A stretch of 64,000 nucleotides of DNA from a virus. Below the pieces are notes generated by a model that worked only from the letters and a program-made list of their open reading frames with translations, was not told the origin of the DNA and did not search any database. The stretch spans positions 1-64,000 of IMG/VR virus record IMGVR_UViG_3300042691_053605; one strand, 5' to 3'. Below are positions 46,901 through 57,900 of the stretch, in pieces; the first letter of the stretch is position 1, and every line of letters starts with the position of its first letter. The position numbers were made by a program, and so were the translations under genes.

Positions 46901-47238
46901 TCAAACCATATTTGACCATCAAGTGGGTTATCAGGAGCCCAGCTGCTAGCGGTAGTTAGAAAATCGTATGAATCTTGTGGCTGGTCAATTCCGCCAACAG
47001 ATGATACCGATTGTATTAAATTGCTAAAAGGGATTAAACCCGGTCCAGGGCCAGTTTCTCCTATTGGACCAGATGGACCAGAAGGTCCCTGCTTCCCCGG
47101 AAGACCTGGAATACCTTGTTCACCGCGAATACCTTGTGGCCCGCCATTTGCTAATGCTATAGCCTGAAAATTCGCGTTCATCTTTGCAACTACCGTGGCA
47201 ATGCTGTCTGATTCTAAAATGTTTTGAAGTGTCAACAT
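40948..47238 (-). CDS. giant tail-fibre/baseplate-associated structural protein (2096 aa)
   Basis: N-terminal DSIATVVAKMNANF, collagen Gly-X-Y run, GNVGIG/NFGIGT motifs, G/S/T/N-rich. Confidence 0.7.
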   Translation of the reverse strand: MLTLQNILESDSIATVVAKMNANFQAIALANGGPQGIRGEQGIPGLPGKQGPSGPSGPIGETGPGPGLIPFSNLIQSVSSVGGIDQPQDSYDFLTTASSWAPDNPLDGQIWFDNNQLGWWKYLMQADPSTSDPNVGNFLETGPYSSGGYTGPGWYFYPMNFSSIIGSLQSTWASDPTNYLGLIGAAYGSPSASPNLTSYAPYGIPNARMSSKFGNVWITSGDKATGQPGPGGDTSSNDTSLIHYWDYVNNTRLNSGIDRSLFKMSIDGVTYYNGLKARGWRNTDTGDIVGPPYTVNGGTTDVPTGLPYSTFPGTVGGNSDYFARPIYDISIDAYSPLLFLSNRDLESEGGTTGSLGYYQWSSGNNSIKIHNFSTREGIDDFFTSEGGVTSSENYGEMLFDVRRFITSNQYLNMLPQDTPAFTSLQTLTPGGNTSPFNTTNPGNVYDELGSSNQYLAFQGYHSLFTGQKIIDQSASGSQVDITSISDWIYDKRQSWYGTSIYEEEVVLANSGGTKELVRSAGMMVRGTSTGTAGLTISVDNVLFYSANQRGATNYASGNDPAANGLRSLPVSAVYGSRNFGIGTVTMDKVGIFQPLAKLQVHNDWRPAIETWDTNTTFTEEITTGINFYTGIDKSWLTYTDYIPKRRMKTAAFTIERSSPELIYGTTSGFAPWNQSPFGSPDAAWVDWYDRGVFNDVLFGAVDVDYKENADDQFQLSRIAPSTGIRYESFNYTQTPSRPYSMDNRSGGWGFKGALRLGASPIYGGGSSATSGDTYTIGDNAALQNVDYQFNLVPLSFGPYANIGARDADAGISAVSGIGIHNLYPRARFHMYGKNSYQEFRFDEARTPGTVEIDTIGNVTRGTWPALPSDGQIVIDQILSTYTYNAAIFDYSYDLLTTPASASITWTTKVTPNSVNYPYKEAARSNATTLIVGDTLYTSNSTLNVGSLNSERGTTGQFGKSSWHGGYNNGIWTSSRYVGFNLFRDLLGIGDNRGSDDGDYINDTTGYSQSVDASAWRLGTESVARDNSNSANELQAANGGSAILTDTDGRIGFAMIPKWRDGGAYYGQWEQTGLGTRDVTNNIKVVFDETGNVGIGNAAGYDQNAYASQKWNSATGEINYLPNAAGSNPNPSENPPASYSSGPGQVKAGPWSPGTSDYYGLFLPNSYTYGSALAPQDVNKWATSPEYIRLEVAGEKAQSRVGHHIEARGFGYPGWAVASTGLPTGSGATVVITDSNAKFANRYIGVPTGTSGWNTATHTFTFDNLGRLVSYVITGLGTMTGDLLESYPEAILPHPSEFGEGGPFAPGATSTTHPWIADLTISRTFNGTSWTGGQVLVPLGSAAGKLGSLIAIPSGYIGATATATFATEDLVPANVRLNNFVLGDGYEFIRSTNDVLAWQNITDVTETATKAIYDARVTSPKLLLTFGAPDYFNMENSMFLSSTQINSLVATGKAPLMKVTTAIDSAQTDSSLRTYTIPKADNTGGTFLVVTDHMGDREQDNPGLASVPQNTAKSRIKVDRIIAYEVQRTAPGAAGGGTFTPITTASFGYELVGIHYYDGLSPADPKYPGNGVESLYYPNTSSEATGSQASVEMRRKLSAYWELNTGTYSSRWNDENGDPITYSRTDVRYRRLNSNYLLFDFNIDLEALDYMQMNDGSPWNSPGDRYFGENWGEAGNEDLDYYVHNPYSAGIYANSLINKGSICGNTWLGIDGRWIQYVRFIYDIGEDVLFAGDEDNDENYYEYQYGGGANFGNWNDYRAWYPGTAVVGDSTDDMTNFIDTTYTPGWIASTDGSPYTRFPIDGSTKFSTPSATSDPSTNSFLNKSWNGAFKDWYWSTHTNTVSNFLPYTNDSLLGSLTTADVRNHPWIFTDPDVMEASIDRGLFRKSNINAIGYKNLQKGWYQALWSPDGAGAAGISGGDFIYTKIEVPDYYDAAVWRTFGENAWNRNASFQWRATPYYYGGDTVAEPQGLINSFVIEIMFDQPIYVSGARRVAHRNVSTTGFYEPVSIQNLYYRPSYDTTPGTPIYDFSIEPALPGGEILPLSPTEVADHSSGQNNFYTGNSVKGEFGPATFKPFGNITLRGQAMLKYQKVYGTPRT
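47038..47142 (-). repeat. collagen-like Gly-X-Y repeat
   Basis: GPQGIRGEQGIPGLPGKQGPSGPSGPIGETGPGPG. Confidence 0.8.
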
Positions 47239-47262
47239 CTATTATTAGTTCTTTACTTTTTT

Positions 47263-47271
47263 CTATATATT
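47263..47271 (-). promoter_or_regulatory. putative late promoter AATATATAG
   Basis: Motif variant upstream of the 2096-aa gene. Confidence 0.5.
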
Positions 47272-50200
47272 TAGATCCGTTTTAGAACTGCGCTTATGGA
47301 ATAAGAATTTGGCGCCTTTGTATCTAACACTTTTTCCAAAACATAGGTATAATCATTAATGGATGTATTTTTTACACCTTTATCTTCACGGTAACCTGCA
47401 GAAAGTTTTTCTGCTTCATCTAATACAATATCTAAAACAGGAAGCCCTTCATTATTATTTGCGTATAGCGTAATTGCTGAAACCTCGTATAACGGAATGA
47501 TATTTTTTTCCAAGTATTCAATTTTTAGAACTTCCAGCTCAGAAGGAGTATACGTAATAGCAGGGATCCCTAAAGAATTAAACCATGCAAAATCATCAAA
47601 ACTAGTAGATTCTAAAATTCCTTCAAGCAAGCCTCTTTTTAGACGTGTTTTAAGATCTAATGTAATTTTTAGAATAGGTTTGCTCTCAAGAGACGAATTT
47701 TCAACTGTTTTAACCTCATCTAAACTTGAAACCCCAATTGATTTTTTAGGCTCAATTATTTCATAAGAGACTTCCGTTTCTAGGAAAGTTTGAAAGTCAA
47801 ATGTGTTAGGAACAATCATAGCCTTTCCTGCTAAAAATACCTTGGTTTCTTGCATTTCTTCAGTTCCTGGAACCGCAAAATAATTTGTGGTAGAGGTGTA
47901 CTTTCTGTAAAAATCTGCATCCCATGTGCTATCAAGCGCATGTACATTCTTTTTGTCAATTGCAATTTCTCCAATTAAAGGATATAGACTTTTGTATGCG
48001 GAGGTCCTCGATATTTCTAAGACTTCTTGATCTGAAACTTTATTGTAAAAATAATTTCGCAATAAACCTGCAACCGCTGAGTTGCCATTAATATGAGTAT
48101 TGCGTAAAACATAATCCTTTTCAAAATGTCGTGTAAAACTTTCGTCCTCCCGAGCCCAAAAACTTACGATTTCTAGAGTTTTAGGCTCATAAAAACCACG
48201 ATGCCTAAATTCATATTCTTGTTCATTGGTAGTTACTAAATCATATCCAATAAATTCGGTATTTTCATACTCAAGAGGTTTATCCGTGTCATCTTTGTAG
48301 TAGTATTTGCTTAGCTTTTTAATTTTATCAAATGGCACAAATTCTAGTTCAAAATCAGGTGTTTCTTGTATAACAATTCCGGTTTGCGTAATTTTTTTGT
48401 GCAAAATGTATGCAGATTTTTCATTAAACATTTTGAAAATGCTGGCATAAGAAATAAAGTTTTTACGACTTTGATAAAATTGAGTTCCGCCTCGCAGATT
48501 AAATGTTTGCGTAACATCATAACTAGAAAATGGCATCATATTTTTTTGCGAACTCACATAATAGTATGGAGGATATGGAGAAAGAGTTCCTAGTACATCA
48601 AATGATGTATATTTATTTGCAATTGCACGAGATTTTTGATTTGTGGACGGATTTTGATAGCGAATGTAGGAAGAAACGCTACCAAAAGTTAGATAATCTA
48701 ATTTAATGTCCTCCAGTATATTACGGGAGTCGTACACAAAATATGTATACGGCAATGTTTGATTCAATCTTGAAGAGCTGCTTAATTCAGATAAAACTCC
48801 ATCCACTGTTAAAGTATTCTTTGGTAACGGTACGCCAGGAACAGAAGGCGCAGACGTAAATTTCGGAATACCGGTTAAATTTGATCCAATACGGCCTCCC
48901 ATGTAATAATCAATAAAGCCTTTATACAAATCAATAGTAGGAAAAACTTCCTTGTAAATTGGGAAATAATCAATGCTATTATTTGTATTAGGATATGCAA
49001 GAGTTGAGTCTGCCAAATTTTCTAAAGGCTGAAACAAAATTTTAATCTCATCATTAACAAAATTTGTATTTCCTACTAGCCAGGTCTTTCCTCCTAATTT
49101 AGTATCATCTAATTCAACCCGAGTAGACCCTAAAAATAATTGACGATACCTTGAAATTTTCAAGGCTTGCGGAATGTCTGCTGCATATTTACTATATGGC
49201 GCGGAGGACGCATTAAAATAATCCGCGGTTGTTAGGAAATTTTCATACGAACTAATTGAAGCCGTATAAGGCATTTCCATAGGATATTTTACGTCAGGCG
49301 TATTAAAACCATAGCCATTTGGTTTAGTCGTAAAAAACTTTGAATATGCGCCGTATCCGCCTGGCCATTGTGTTGACATGCTGGCTCTTAATTGATCAAT
49401 GGCGTAATAGAAAAATGAATAATCACCAAGACCCGCAGACAATCGATAATCCTGCACATATATTGTAATTATCATCAATATTGTTTTGAACTTTTCGTTA
49501 TCAATAAGTTCAATTTGTATAGGCTTTTCTTCTGCAAAATTATTATGAGTTACAAATCTAGCGATTGCAGCAAATCGGTATTGGTTAAATCTTTCAGATT
49601 CATTAATAGGAACTCGAGGTGTTACCGTTGTATCGTAATCAATTACATTAATTTTGGCGCCTCTAAATAGAGTTTGCGATTTTCCAAGTCCTGCTATGTA
49701 ATTAAAAAATGTGTATCTTTCTTCTCTTGATTTTGGTACTAGAATATTTGATGGCGATATTTCATTAGGATATCCAACAACAAAGTATTTTCCAAACCAA
49801 TCAAACGTATTATCAGTTGAAAGTAATTCATACCAGCTTTTTCCATTATATGCAATGTCACTTAACTTTTGGAAAAAATATGATCTAGATCCTTCTAAAG
49901 ATTCTTCAGGATAATCTTTTGGAACATTATCAAGGTACGGAAATTCATGTGTTAACAATAGTGGCTCAGTAAAGTCTACCTCAGAATCTGGCGAAAAATT
50001 TGTAATACCAAATGCTGAAGAGTTATTAAGCCTATAATAGTTATCACGTGCATCCGTTCCTTCCTGCACCCATTTCATAATGCTGGGTACAACTTTTGAT
50101 ACGACCGCCAAATCCTTTTGGCCATTTTCTCGTAAACGGTCATACTCAGAAAGCAGCATTTGATATGTAAATTTATCAAATGACTGTTCCTGCGTATATT

Positions 50201-53200
50201 GCTGGATCTGCTGCATATCGTTTTCCGTTAAGAAATCAGTTAATGAAGAAAACCCAGCAAAACTTTTGATGTTTTGGTCGTTATAGTAGGTAGAGCTCTG
50301 CAGTCTAAATTTGAAATCAAAATCGTAAGTCGGCGGATTAGTTGTCAGAACACTGTCAAATAATGTAATTTCTGAAATTCTTGCTTTTGTAAATCGCGCT
50401 TCTGTGTCCGCCTTTGTGTATAATTTTTTTCTTACATAATTTCGTGTACCTACAGCAGTATACTGTGGTCCAAAATTGGATTGATCGGTTGTGCCGGATC
50501 CTGGCTGTGGGTTAACATAATTGTAAGGGCCGGGATCCAAAACGGATCCGCGATCTTCTTGGTAATCATTCGGTACTTCCATTGTATCGTAAAAGTACAG
50601 AGGATAAAACGTATTTAGAAGAATACTTTGCAAACCTTTATGCTGCTGTGGATTTTCGGTAGGAAACGCGCTTGCTGCATCTAAATATGTTTTGTATACT
50701 ATGGTGTCAGCAAGTTTCCACTCCTTAACATTATTATCGTAAAGTTCAATTTTTATTTGAACATCACAAGTTTCAGTAGAAGGTCCTGCATAATTTTCTG
50801 TAGAAAAAGTTAATTCATAGTTTTCTCCCATATTCAAAAGAACGGGTTCGGAAACTACATTTGAATTTGCAACGCTAATTCTGTGTTCACCCAAAACATC
50901 CTCTCGATTGTAATAACGCAAAAGCTCTACCGCTGGTGAATATGAATACTCGGAAAAATACGTGTCAACATCAAAGTTTTTAATTGGATATACGGAAAAT
51001 ACTCCTAGAGTTGGACGGTATACTTGGTACGCGATAATTTTTTTGTCAAATGTTAAAAAGAACTCGCTGCGTTCTCTATCAATTTGAACAACTGAATACG
51101 CATCGTAACCTTGTATATTTGACTCATCCATAAACGGAAGTGAGTAAACATATTTTCCTTGAACATTCCAACCTTTTAATCGTGAATAATTTCCTTTTTG
51201 CACCTGAAACCATTGTTGGTATATGACGCTTGAATTAAGAATTGAAATTTCACCAATGCCAATTGCCTCGCCAACAAAATCTCCAGTAACTGGTTTGTCT
51301 ATTGTAATTTCATTAAAGGCAGCATTAATTTGTGTTACTCGTGAATTCGCAGCAATAAATTTTCCAGTAATAGGAGCTCCTACATATACATTTGTAACAT
51401 TTGAAAGATTTGTTAGCGTATACGAACCATTTAGAGCATCTCCTGTTACCTCTATTTTTCGGTCGGAATAATACCTTTTACCGTCCTGTAAACTTATCTT
51501 AGCCCGTGCTCTGTTCCTCTGGACGCCTCCTATAAAATACTGTGAACTTGATATATTTCCATAGGTAAATTCATAAAGGCGGGATTGCTCGACTACTACA
51601 TTTGCCAAATCCATTTCAAAATTAGGAGTTTGCAAAACTGTCGTGTTTGGCCCTACACCGTAATAGTTAACAGTTCCACTTGTGGTAGGACTTAGAGGAT
51701 CCGGATTTTCTCTTACCTCAACAGTCCATATATTTGTTCCGCTGAGATTGGCCTTAATATAATAGAGATCAGTTCTATAGTACGGAGAATTATTGTACAC
51801 GGTAATCGGCATATCAATAGATGAACTGCCAGTTATTACAATAAAGGTGGAAGAGGTTTCGCCAATTTCTACATTTGATTTTTCATAATATCCTAAATTG
51901 TGAGGGACGCTATAATCTTCTACGTAGTGGCGTGAAAACTCAATTTTGTTACCGTCTTCCCACCGCTCTTTTGACTTAAGATATATCGAGCTGCCTTTTA
52001 CGTATGCAGTAACTATTGAATTTTTGAAAGAATTTATACATGTACCAATTGCATTAGCAACTTGTTCAGGAGTTCCAACATTGCAAAAAGTATTTAGATT
52101 ATCTCTTCCTTGTGGATCGTAAACCGGATAATCCCAGGATTCTCCTGGGGCAAGCCCTACAGGATTTGCTTCCATTTTCCAACGGTAGGAACTGTAATTA
52201 GGCTGTCCAAAGAAATTAAGTTCACCCGCAGTACTTGTTGTAGTTACGTCAGTAACATTTCCGTCAAACACAGTAACGTCCCAAACATTGCCAGCAAAAA
52301 ATGTATTTGGTAAAGAATATCTTTCAAAAGCCAAATATGAATCAACATACAGAGTTTGAGGATTTGACAAATCCATTTCAACCTGCGTATAAAAAAGTGA
52401 AGGCGTGGTAGAAACTGTATAATCAGGAACTGTAACCTCAAATGTTACAATTTGGCCTACAATCGAAATAATTTCTAATTTGTAATAGTAGTCTCTTCTT
52501 TCGGTATTTAATTTCTTAAGTGCAATTTCCAAAACTTCGCCTTCTGCAATAGGAATTCCTGAATTTAATATGTCAGAAACCTCTAAAACTAATTGAGCGT
52601 TACCGCCATCCAGCAGATCGGCGTTAGACTGCGAAGATATTTGTGTAATTCCTCCGTAATCACTGATATTTTCGGAAGTATCAAAAAGACCTATTTGCGT
52701 AACTCTTCTAAAAGCGTCAGTTCCAGGATTTCCGTAATTTACTTCGGATAATGAGTTTGCTCTCTTAAACACCTCATTTCTATCCTTTACATAAAAAATT
52801 CGAAGAGGATCATCTACCATTGCAGATAGAGGAAACTTACCATTAACTAACCCTTGATAACCTGGTGTTGAAGACGTATTAATGGTTCCATTAGGATTAT
52901 TATGATAGTAGTGAACGGGAAGTTTAACACCATTTGGATTTGTTTGTATAAAAGGCTGTAAGTTAAAAGGCTCCCCATCTACTCCGGATTTAGGAGTAGG
53001 TGTTTGGCCTGAAATTGCGCCTAAAATTGTTGGCTCAATTTCAAATTCCGCTAATTGATTTTCAGAAACATACAGACCAAAATACCTATTTATGGAATAC
53101 GGTGTTGCCTCGGTATCGTCAAACAAAAATTCTAAATTGATTAGATTTGCAGAAATAATTTTGTTTCTTTCAAATCCTTGAGTAACGAAATTTTCAAAAT

Positions 53201-54941
53201 CAAGTATACGGTTATCGGACTTCCAAAAATCGTACAAAAATTCCCCTCGGCCTGTAATAGTGCCACTTGTATAATCTATTCCGTTCCAGGTGGTTTGCAC
53301 GTCAGAATCAAAAGACACCTCAAGAGGTCTTTCTAAAAATCTGCCGTCATTTACAGTCTTTCTTAAATACGTTCCAAGAGGCGAAGATTCACGCATATCA
53401 AATGTTTTGATAATTTGTGCATCTCTAAAAAATTCCTGGAACTTTCCTAAATTACTAGTGCCTGTATATGTTTCCGGATTGATTGGATGAGCCAATCTAA
53501 AAATTACAAAAAAATCTGGCAGCGTTTTTCGCATCCATAATGGAGCGAAAAAACTTAAACTTTCATCATAAAAACGGCTTTTAAGCTGTTCTACACCGTA
53601 ATTGTAAAAGTTGTCATACTGTTCGGAAAACTCTCGTTTGGTATTAAGATACTGATCATCTTTTTGGTATAATTGATAAACAGTGCTTGCAGGAGTTTTT
53701 CCTTGATCAAAAAAGTAAAACAAATCTCTTTGATACGATGTATTAGCACTAACCGGATACTTTTTGTATTTTGCATCTGACAGTTCTTCCGATGCATCAA
53801 TACTGTTTAGCCATAGAGATCCGTTTGAATCAACGGTAAGCTTAACATTGCCTGTTAATTTTGGATTTGTTTTAAGAAGAGAATACGAAGTTTTATCATC
53901 AAAAATTTCGGTAACTGTAGGAAATTCATTTTGATAGGTTGTTCTTGTAGTTTTAATATCAGTCTCTGGATATCCAAATAAATGAACCTCTTGGTAATCA
54001 ATATATCCGGTGCCCGTAGTAAGCGGAAGTACTTGTCCATAAACTTTTTCCGTTTCATCCAAATATCCTACAATAGTAGAGTTATATTCCCAGTTTTCTG
54101 GAGAAGGCCCATTATTTTTAATTATCGCAATTAAGAAATTAATTTTGAGATGAGAGTTAGAGACCCCATCATAATCAATTCTCCAAGTTAATCTTGGGTT
54201 TGCTCCAGAAGCTCCTTGGTATTTTGACCAAGGATTTGTAATACCCGATGATATTCGAGTATAATAGTTGGAAGCAGTTGGCCAATCATCTGCTAAATCC
54301 ATTCCGTTAAATTGGTTTGCCGCCAAAGGTGTGTTATCGTAATAAATTGGTGGCGTAGATTTAAGAGATGCTGTTGCAACTTCAGAAGTGCTTGTTTGGT
54401 TAATATACCAGTTATTGTCAACTGACCATTTTCCAATTTGAATTAAAAATTCCTGGCCACTTATTTGTATTGAGCCAGGATTTGAAATTGTAATGTAATA
54501 AACAAGTTCTCTGCCTGCACCAATTTGAACCAGTTTTGTTCCTTTATCTATAACGGTTGATCCAAATCTAACATTATCAATAGGGCCTGCACTACTTGTT
54601 GAAGTAGATTCGCCTTCAAGGGTTCTTCTGAACATGGTAACAGCTTTTACGTCGTCGCCAAGCTGTATTGATTCCCAAGAAGCCAGCGAAAAATCCCCGT
54701 TTGATAATGCAAAATCGCTTTCTCTAAACCAAAATTCTCCGGCAGGAGGAACCGTTGAGGGTATATATGTCCAACCTTCAAATTTTGATTCAAATGTTTG
54801 TGGCTGAATATAAGGAGCAACCCAAAGAGTATCCGTTGCCGGTAAATTTTCAGTAGGTTCTATACTTAGAAAAAGAGTGGTTCTGCCTTGAACCACTATC
54901 TCTTTTTCAAAATTTACTCTGTAAAAATCTGTGTTTGCCAT
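47271..54941 (-). CDS. giant putative virion structural protein (2556 aa)
   Basis: Long ORF in the structural block, translationally coupled to the upstream gene; no enzymatic motif recognised. Confidence 0.65.
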   Translation of the reverse strand: MANTDFYRVNFEKEIVVQGRTTLFLSIEPTENLPATDTLWVAPYIQPQTFESKFEGWTYIPSTVPPAGEFWFRESDFALSNGDFSLASWESIQLGDDVKAVTMFRRTLEGESTSTSSAGPIDNVRFGSTVIDKGTKLVQIGAGRELVYYITISNPGSIQISGQEFLIQIGKWSVDNNWYINQTSTSEVATASLKSTPPIYYDNTPLAANQFNGMDLADDWPTASNYYTRISSGITNPWSKYQGASGANPRLTWRIDYDGVSNSHLKINFLIAIIKNNGPSPENWEYNSTIVGYLDETEKVYGQVLPLTTGTGYIDYQEVHLFGYPETDIKTTRTTYQNEFPTVTEIFDDKTSYSLLKTNPKLTGNVKLTVDSNGSLWLNSIDASEELSDAKYKKYPVSANTSYQRDLFYFFDQGKTPASTVYQLYQKDDQYLNTKREFSEQYDNFYNYGVEQLKSRFYDESLSFFAPLWMRKTLPDFFVIFRLAHPINPETYTGTSNLGKFQEFFRDAQIIKTFDMRESSPLGTYLRKTVNDGRFLERPLEVSFDSDVQTTWNGIDYTSGTITGRGEFLYDFWKSDNRILDFENFVTQGFERNKIISANLINLEFLFDDTEATPYSINRYFGLYVSENQLAEFEIEPTILGAISGQTPTPKSGVDGEPFNLQPFIQTNPNGVKLPVHYYHNNPNGTINTSSTPGYQGLVNGKFPLSAMVDDPLRIFYVKDRNEVFKRANSLSEVNYGNPGTDAFRRVTQIGLFDTSENISDYGGITQISSQSNADLLDGGNAQLVLEVSDILNSGIPIAEGEVLEIALKKLNTERRDYYYKLEIISIVGQIVTFEVTVPDYTVSTTPSLFYTQVEMDLSNPQTLYVDSYLAFERYSLPNTFFAGNVWDVTVFDGNVTDVTTTSTAGELNFFGQPNYSSYRWKMEANPVGLAPGESWDYPVYDPQGRDNLNTFCNVGTPEQVANAIGTCINSFKNSIVTAYVKGSSIYLKSKERWEDGNKIEFSRHYVEDYSVPHNLGYYEKSNVEIGETSSTFIVITGSSSIDMPITVYNNSPYYRTDLYYIKANLSGTNIWTVEVRENPDPLSPTTSGTVNYYGVGPNTTVLQTPNFEMDLANVVVEQSRLYEFTYGNISSSQYFIGGVQRNRARAKISLQDGKRYYSDRKIEVTGDALNGSYTLTNLSNVTNVYVGAPITGKFIAANSRVTQINAAFNEITIDKPVTGDFVGEAIGIGEISILNSSVIYQQWFQVQKGNYSRLKGWNVQGKYVYSLPFMDESNIQGYDAYSVVQIDRERSEFFLTFDKKIIAYQVYRPTLGVFSVYPIKNFDVDTYFSEYSYSPAVELLRYYNREDVLGEHRISVANSNVVSEPVLLNMGENYELTFSTENYAGPSTETCDVQIKIELYDNNVKEWKLADTIVYKTYLDAASAFPTENPQQHKGLQSILLNTFYPLYFYDTMEVPNDYQEDRGSVLDPGPYNYVNPQPGSGTTDQSNFGPQYTAVGTRNYVRKKLYTKADTEARFTKARISEITLFDSVLTTNPPTYDFDFKFRLQSSTYYNDQNIKSFAGFSSLTDFLTENDMQQIQQYTQEQSFDKFTYQMLLSEYDRLRENGQKDLAVVSKVVPSIMKWVQEGTDARDNYYRLNNSSAFGITNFSPDSEVDFTEPLLLTHEFPYLDNVPKDYPEESLEGSRSYFFQKLSDIAYNGKSWYELLSTDNTFDWFGKYFVVGYPNEISPSNILVPKSREERYTFFNYIAGLGKSQTLFRGAKINVIDYDTTVTPRVPINESERFNQYRFAAIARFVTHNNFAEEKPIQIELIDNEKFKTILMIITIYVQDYRLSAGLGDYSFFYYAIDQLRASMSTQWPGGYGAYSKFFTTKPNGYGFNTPDVKYPMEMPYTASISSYENFLTTADYFNASSAPYSKYAADIPQALKISRYRQLFLGSTRVELDDTKLGGKTWLVGNTNFVNDEIKILFQPLENLADSTLAYPNTNNSIDYFPIYKEVFPTIDLYKGFIDYYMGGRIGSNLTGIPKFTSAPSVPGVPLPKNTLTVDGVLSELSSSSRLNQTLPYTYFVYDSRNILEDIKLDYLTFGSVSSYIRYQNPSTNQKSRAIANKYTSFDVLGTLSPYPPYYYVSSQKNMMPFSSYDVTQTFNLRGGTQFYQSRKNFISYASIFKMFNEKSAYILHKKITQTGIVIQETPDFELEFVPFDKIKKLSKYYYKDDTDKPLEYENTEFIGYDLVTTNEQEYEFRHRGFYEPKTLEIVSFWAREDESFTRHFEKDYVLRNTHINGNSAVAGLLRNYFYNKVSDQEVLEISRTSAYKSLYPLIGEIAIDKKNVHALDSTWDADFYRKYTSTTNYFAVPGTEEMQETKVFLAGKAMIVPNTFDFQTFLETEVSYEIIEPKKSIGVSSLDEVKTVENSSLESKPILKITLDLKTRLKRGLLEGILESTSFDDFAWFNSLGIPAITYTPSELEVLKIEYLEKNIIPLYEVSAITLYANNNEGLPVLDIVLDEAEKLSAGYREDKGVKNTSINDYTYVLEKVLDTKAPNSYSISAVLKRI

Positions 54942-57900
54942 TAGCTAGTTAGAGACTTTATTGTATTTTTGCTGTAGGTAATGTTTTCTCGGGTTTTAAC
55001 TAGAGATGTTTGTATTTCATCTACTCGTTGTGCCAAAGATTCGCGTTTGTAAGTTGCTTTTACTGCTACATCAAAAGAAAATACAGTGGTGTCTTTTACA
55101 TAGATATCTATCCCGATCTTTTTTGAGTAATTCAATTGTGAAGGCGGTGTCCAACCAGGAGTTGAATCGTATCCACCAACATATCCGGTACCAGTTCCTG
55201 TGTTATCACCGGCAAAATCGGTCATTCTGAATTGGTAAATGATAGGCACCTGAATAGCATTTGATTCACCGGTACCTACATCCTTAACGGCTCGATAATC
55301 GGTTCCATCAACCAATAATTGGTCAAACGTTGCAGGCGCTACAAAAAGATATGATCCACAAGTGTTTTTTCCTATCAAATACCTGTCATTATCGGTAAAT
55401 CCAAATTTATCTGGCATCTCATTAATAAGAGGAGTATACGGAGCAACCATTGGGAACGGCCCGTTTACTGACCAGTTATTTTGGTATCTTAATTGTTGAT
55501 AGCCTTTTTCTCCTGCGTTAAAATTGTAGGAATGCCTAAATGCACTAACAGATTCCGGCGCCTCAGGATAACCTTCTGCATTTACCGTTGTGATGGTAGG
55601 CTGCTGAAGAGATGCCAAGGTAGGTGAACCTGATGAAATTGCAGGATGAGCAACGTGAATACAAAAATTAGAAAGAGTACCATTTCCATTAGGAACCCCC
55701 GCAGTATATCCTCCGCTCCATACGTAATTGGTAGTTCCAGCAGAAGGAGTATTTGGAGTTAAATGACGTGTATTTCCTGATGGAGGATCCATATACAGAG
55801 GATTTGCTAAACCAATATCTGTATAGCGGCTGTATAAAAATTGCGATTTTAATTGTCCACTTTGATAAAAAGCGGATGCAATTTTATTTGCATTATTAGT
55901 ATCAGCGTTTGCAACCGAGGTGTTTACTATTGGAACAATATCGTATCTTCTGCTGGTTTGATAATCGGTATCAGTAGAAGATAAACTCACTGGCAAATTA
56001 TCGCCAAGTCCACCCGGGAATCTTGAAACAAGTTCCAGCGTTGCAACAATTGGGTTTTCAATAGAGAGAGTATAAATCTTATTAATAACTGCGCCTCTTT
56101 GAGCGGATGCAGGTAGCAGGGCTACATAATCCACATAATATCCAGCAAAAAGGTTAATGGTAGAACCGGTTTGTATCTCAGTTTTTGATGATGTATCATT
56201 ATCAATCAAATAAACTTTTAGTTCGCCTTTAGCACTTGCGATAGCATTCTGTATCTCTTGAATAGCAGAATCCATAGCTTTTAATTTGTCATATAGAGAT
56301 ATGATCTGCCCGGCCGCATCATAAAAAGACGATGAAATAACATCTGCGCTATGAGCGTAATATTGTTCGCCAGCATTAAATGAGGAACTTAAATGTATGT
56401 CTAATCCTTTTGCATTTAAGTCTTCTTCTAATTGAACTTTTGTAATTTCCTGAGAAGCCTGGTTTAGAGCAATTACTGCTTCATCCTCACCAGTTAGCTC
56501 TTGTGGAAAATCAATAGTTACGATATTAGAGGGTACTGACGTAAGCGGTGATACCGGCCAGCCTGCTTCGGAAACTGATATTACATAAAATTCAACCTTT
56601 TCGCCTTTGCTGATAGGAATATCTACCTGATTGATATTAATAACATCCGGGTTTTCAATGTCTTCAGCGTCCCAAATGTATTTTCCAGTAGAAACATCAT
56701 AACTCTTTCTGCGAATTTCTGATTTGACTTGTACTAGATTTGAAAAACTTGCTCTACGAGTTTCTCCCGTATTTGAAGTGAAATCATACTGTTTGGTATC
56801 AGAAGCGTTTCCAGCTGGATTCACATATCGGTAATACACATAAAATTGTACAACTTCCTGGAACCCGGTCTTTTCCGTAAATTTAGGTGTAGGTATGTTA
56901 AAGAATCCACGAACTCTATACTTAGGACTATCAAGGGCAGCAGGCTTATCAGTGGTTGCAGTATTTAATTCTTTTACAATACTTGCATACAGTGAAGACT
57001 GGCTGGCTTTTTCACGGATAAGAGATTGCAACTCGTTTTGTACACCGCGTCTTTCAGTTGTTGATGAAAAATTGGTAGTGTTTAGCTGCTCTTTTTTCTT
57101 ATCAATAGATTCGGTTAACTTATTTATAGTGGACTCAATTCTAACTTTATCAGAAGCCTTTTTTCGAATTGATTCAATCTCTGCTTGATCTAATTTATGT
57201 TGATTAATTTGTACTACCTTAAAATTTGCAGGATCCAAAACGGGAGCATCCGGAGTTAAACCATCAAGTGCAGAAATTACTCCATTTTTTGTTGACGATA
57301 TAAGCTGATTGCCAAAATCCATAACACGAGTTCTATAAAACTCGCCAAGATTTAGTGAGCCTTCTGCCAAATCAATGGTTAAATTGTTCGAATAAAAAGC
57401 AGTTCCAGGCGACCATTTTGTAGAAATAAGATTTGCTTCGTCATTTACATTCTTAAAGAAAACAATCTGTCTTTCGTCAAATCCGACACCTACATTTGCA
57501 AGTTTAGGTGAAAACACTTCGGAATACACTGATACGGTTTCACCTGCTACAAATGGTTCATAGCCTCTTAATCTTTTAACACCTACATATTTTGTAGTAG
57601 GATCAACCTCGGTTACTTCATAAATACTTTCGCCTTTAATTAGTTGATCTCCAATTTTAAGTGTCATGGTATTTGCCTGTACAGACAAATTGTCATTATA
57701 TTGAATAGTGTTAAACAGGTATCTTCTTTTTGTAACCTCGGTTCCGTCCTGAAGAGTTACTTTTTGATCACGGTAGGAAACTACAATAAAATCGCCACTG
57801 TATCTAACAACTGATAGAGGTAAATCCATTATCTCTTCATCTACAAAATACGCATAATTTTTTCTTTGTAGATCAACCAACAAATTAACGTAATCAATAT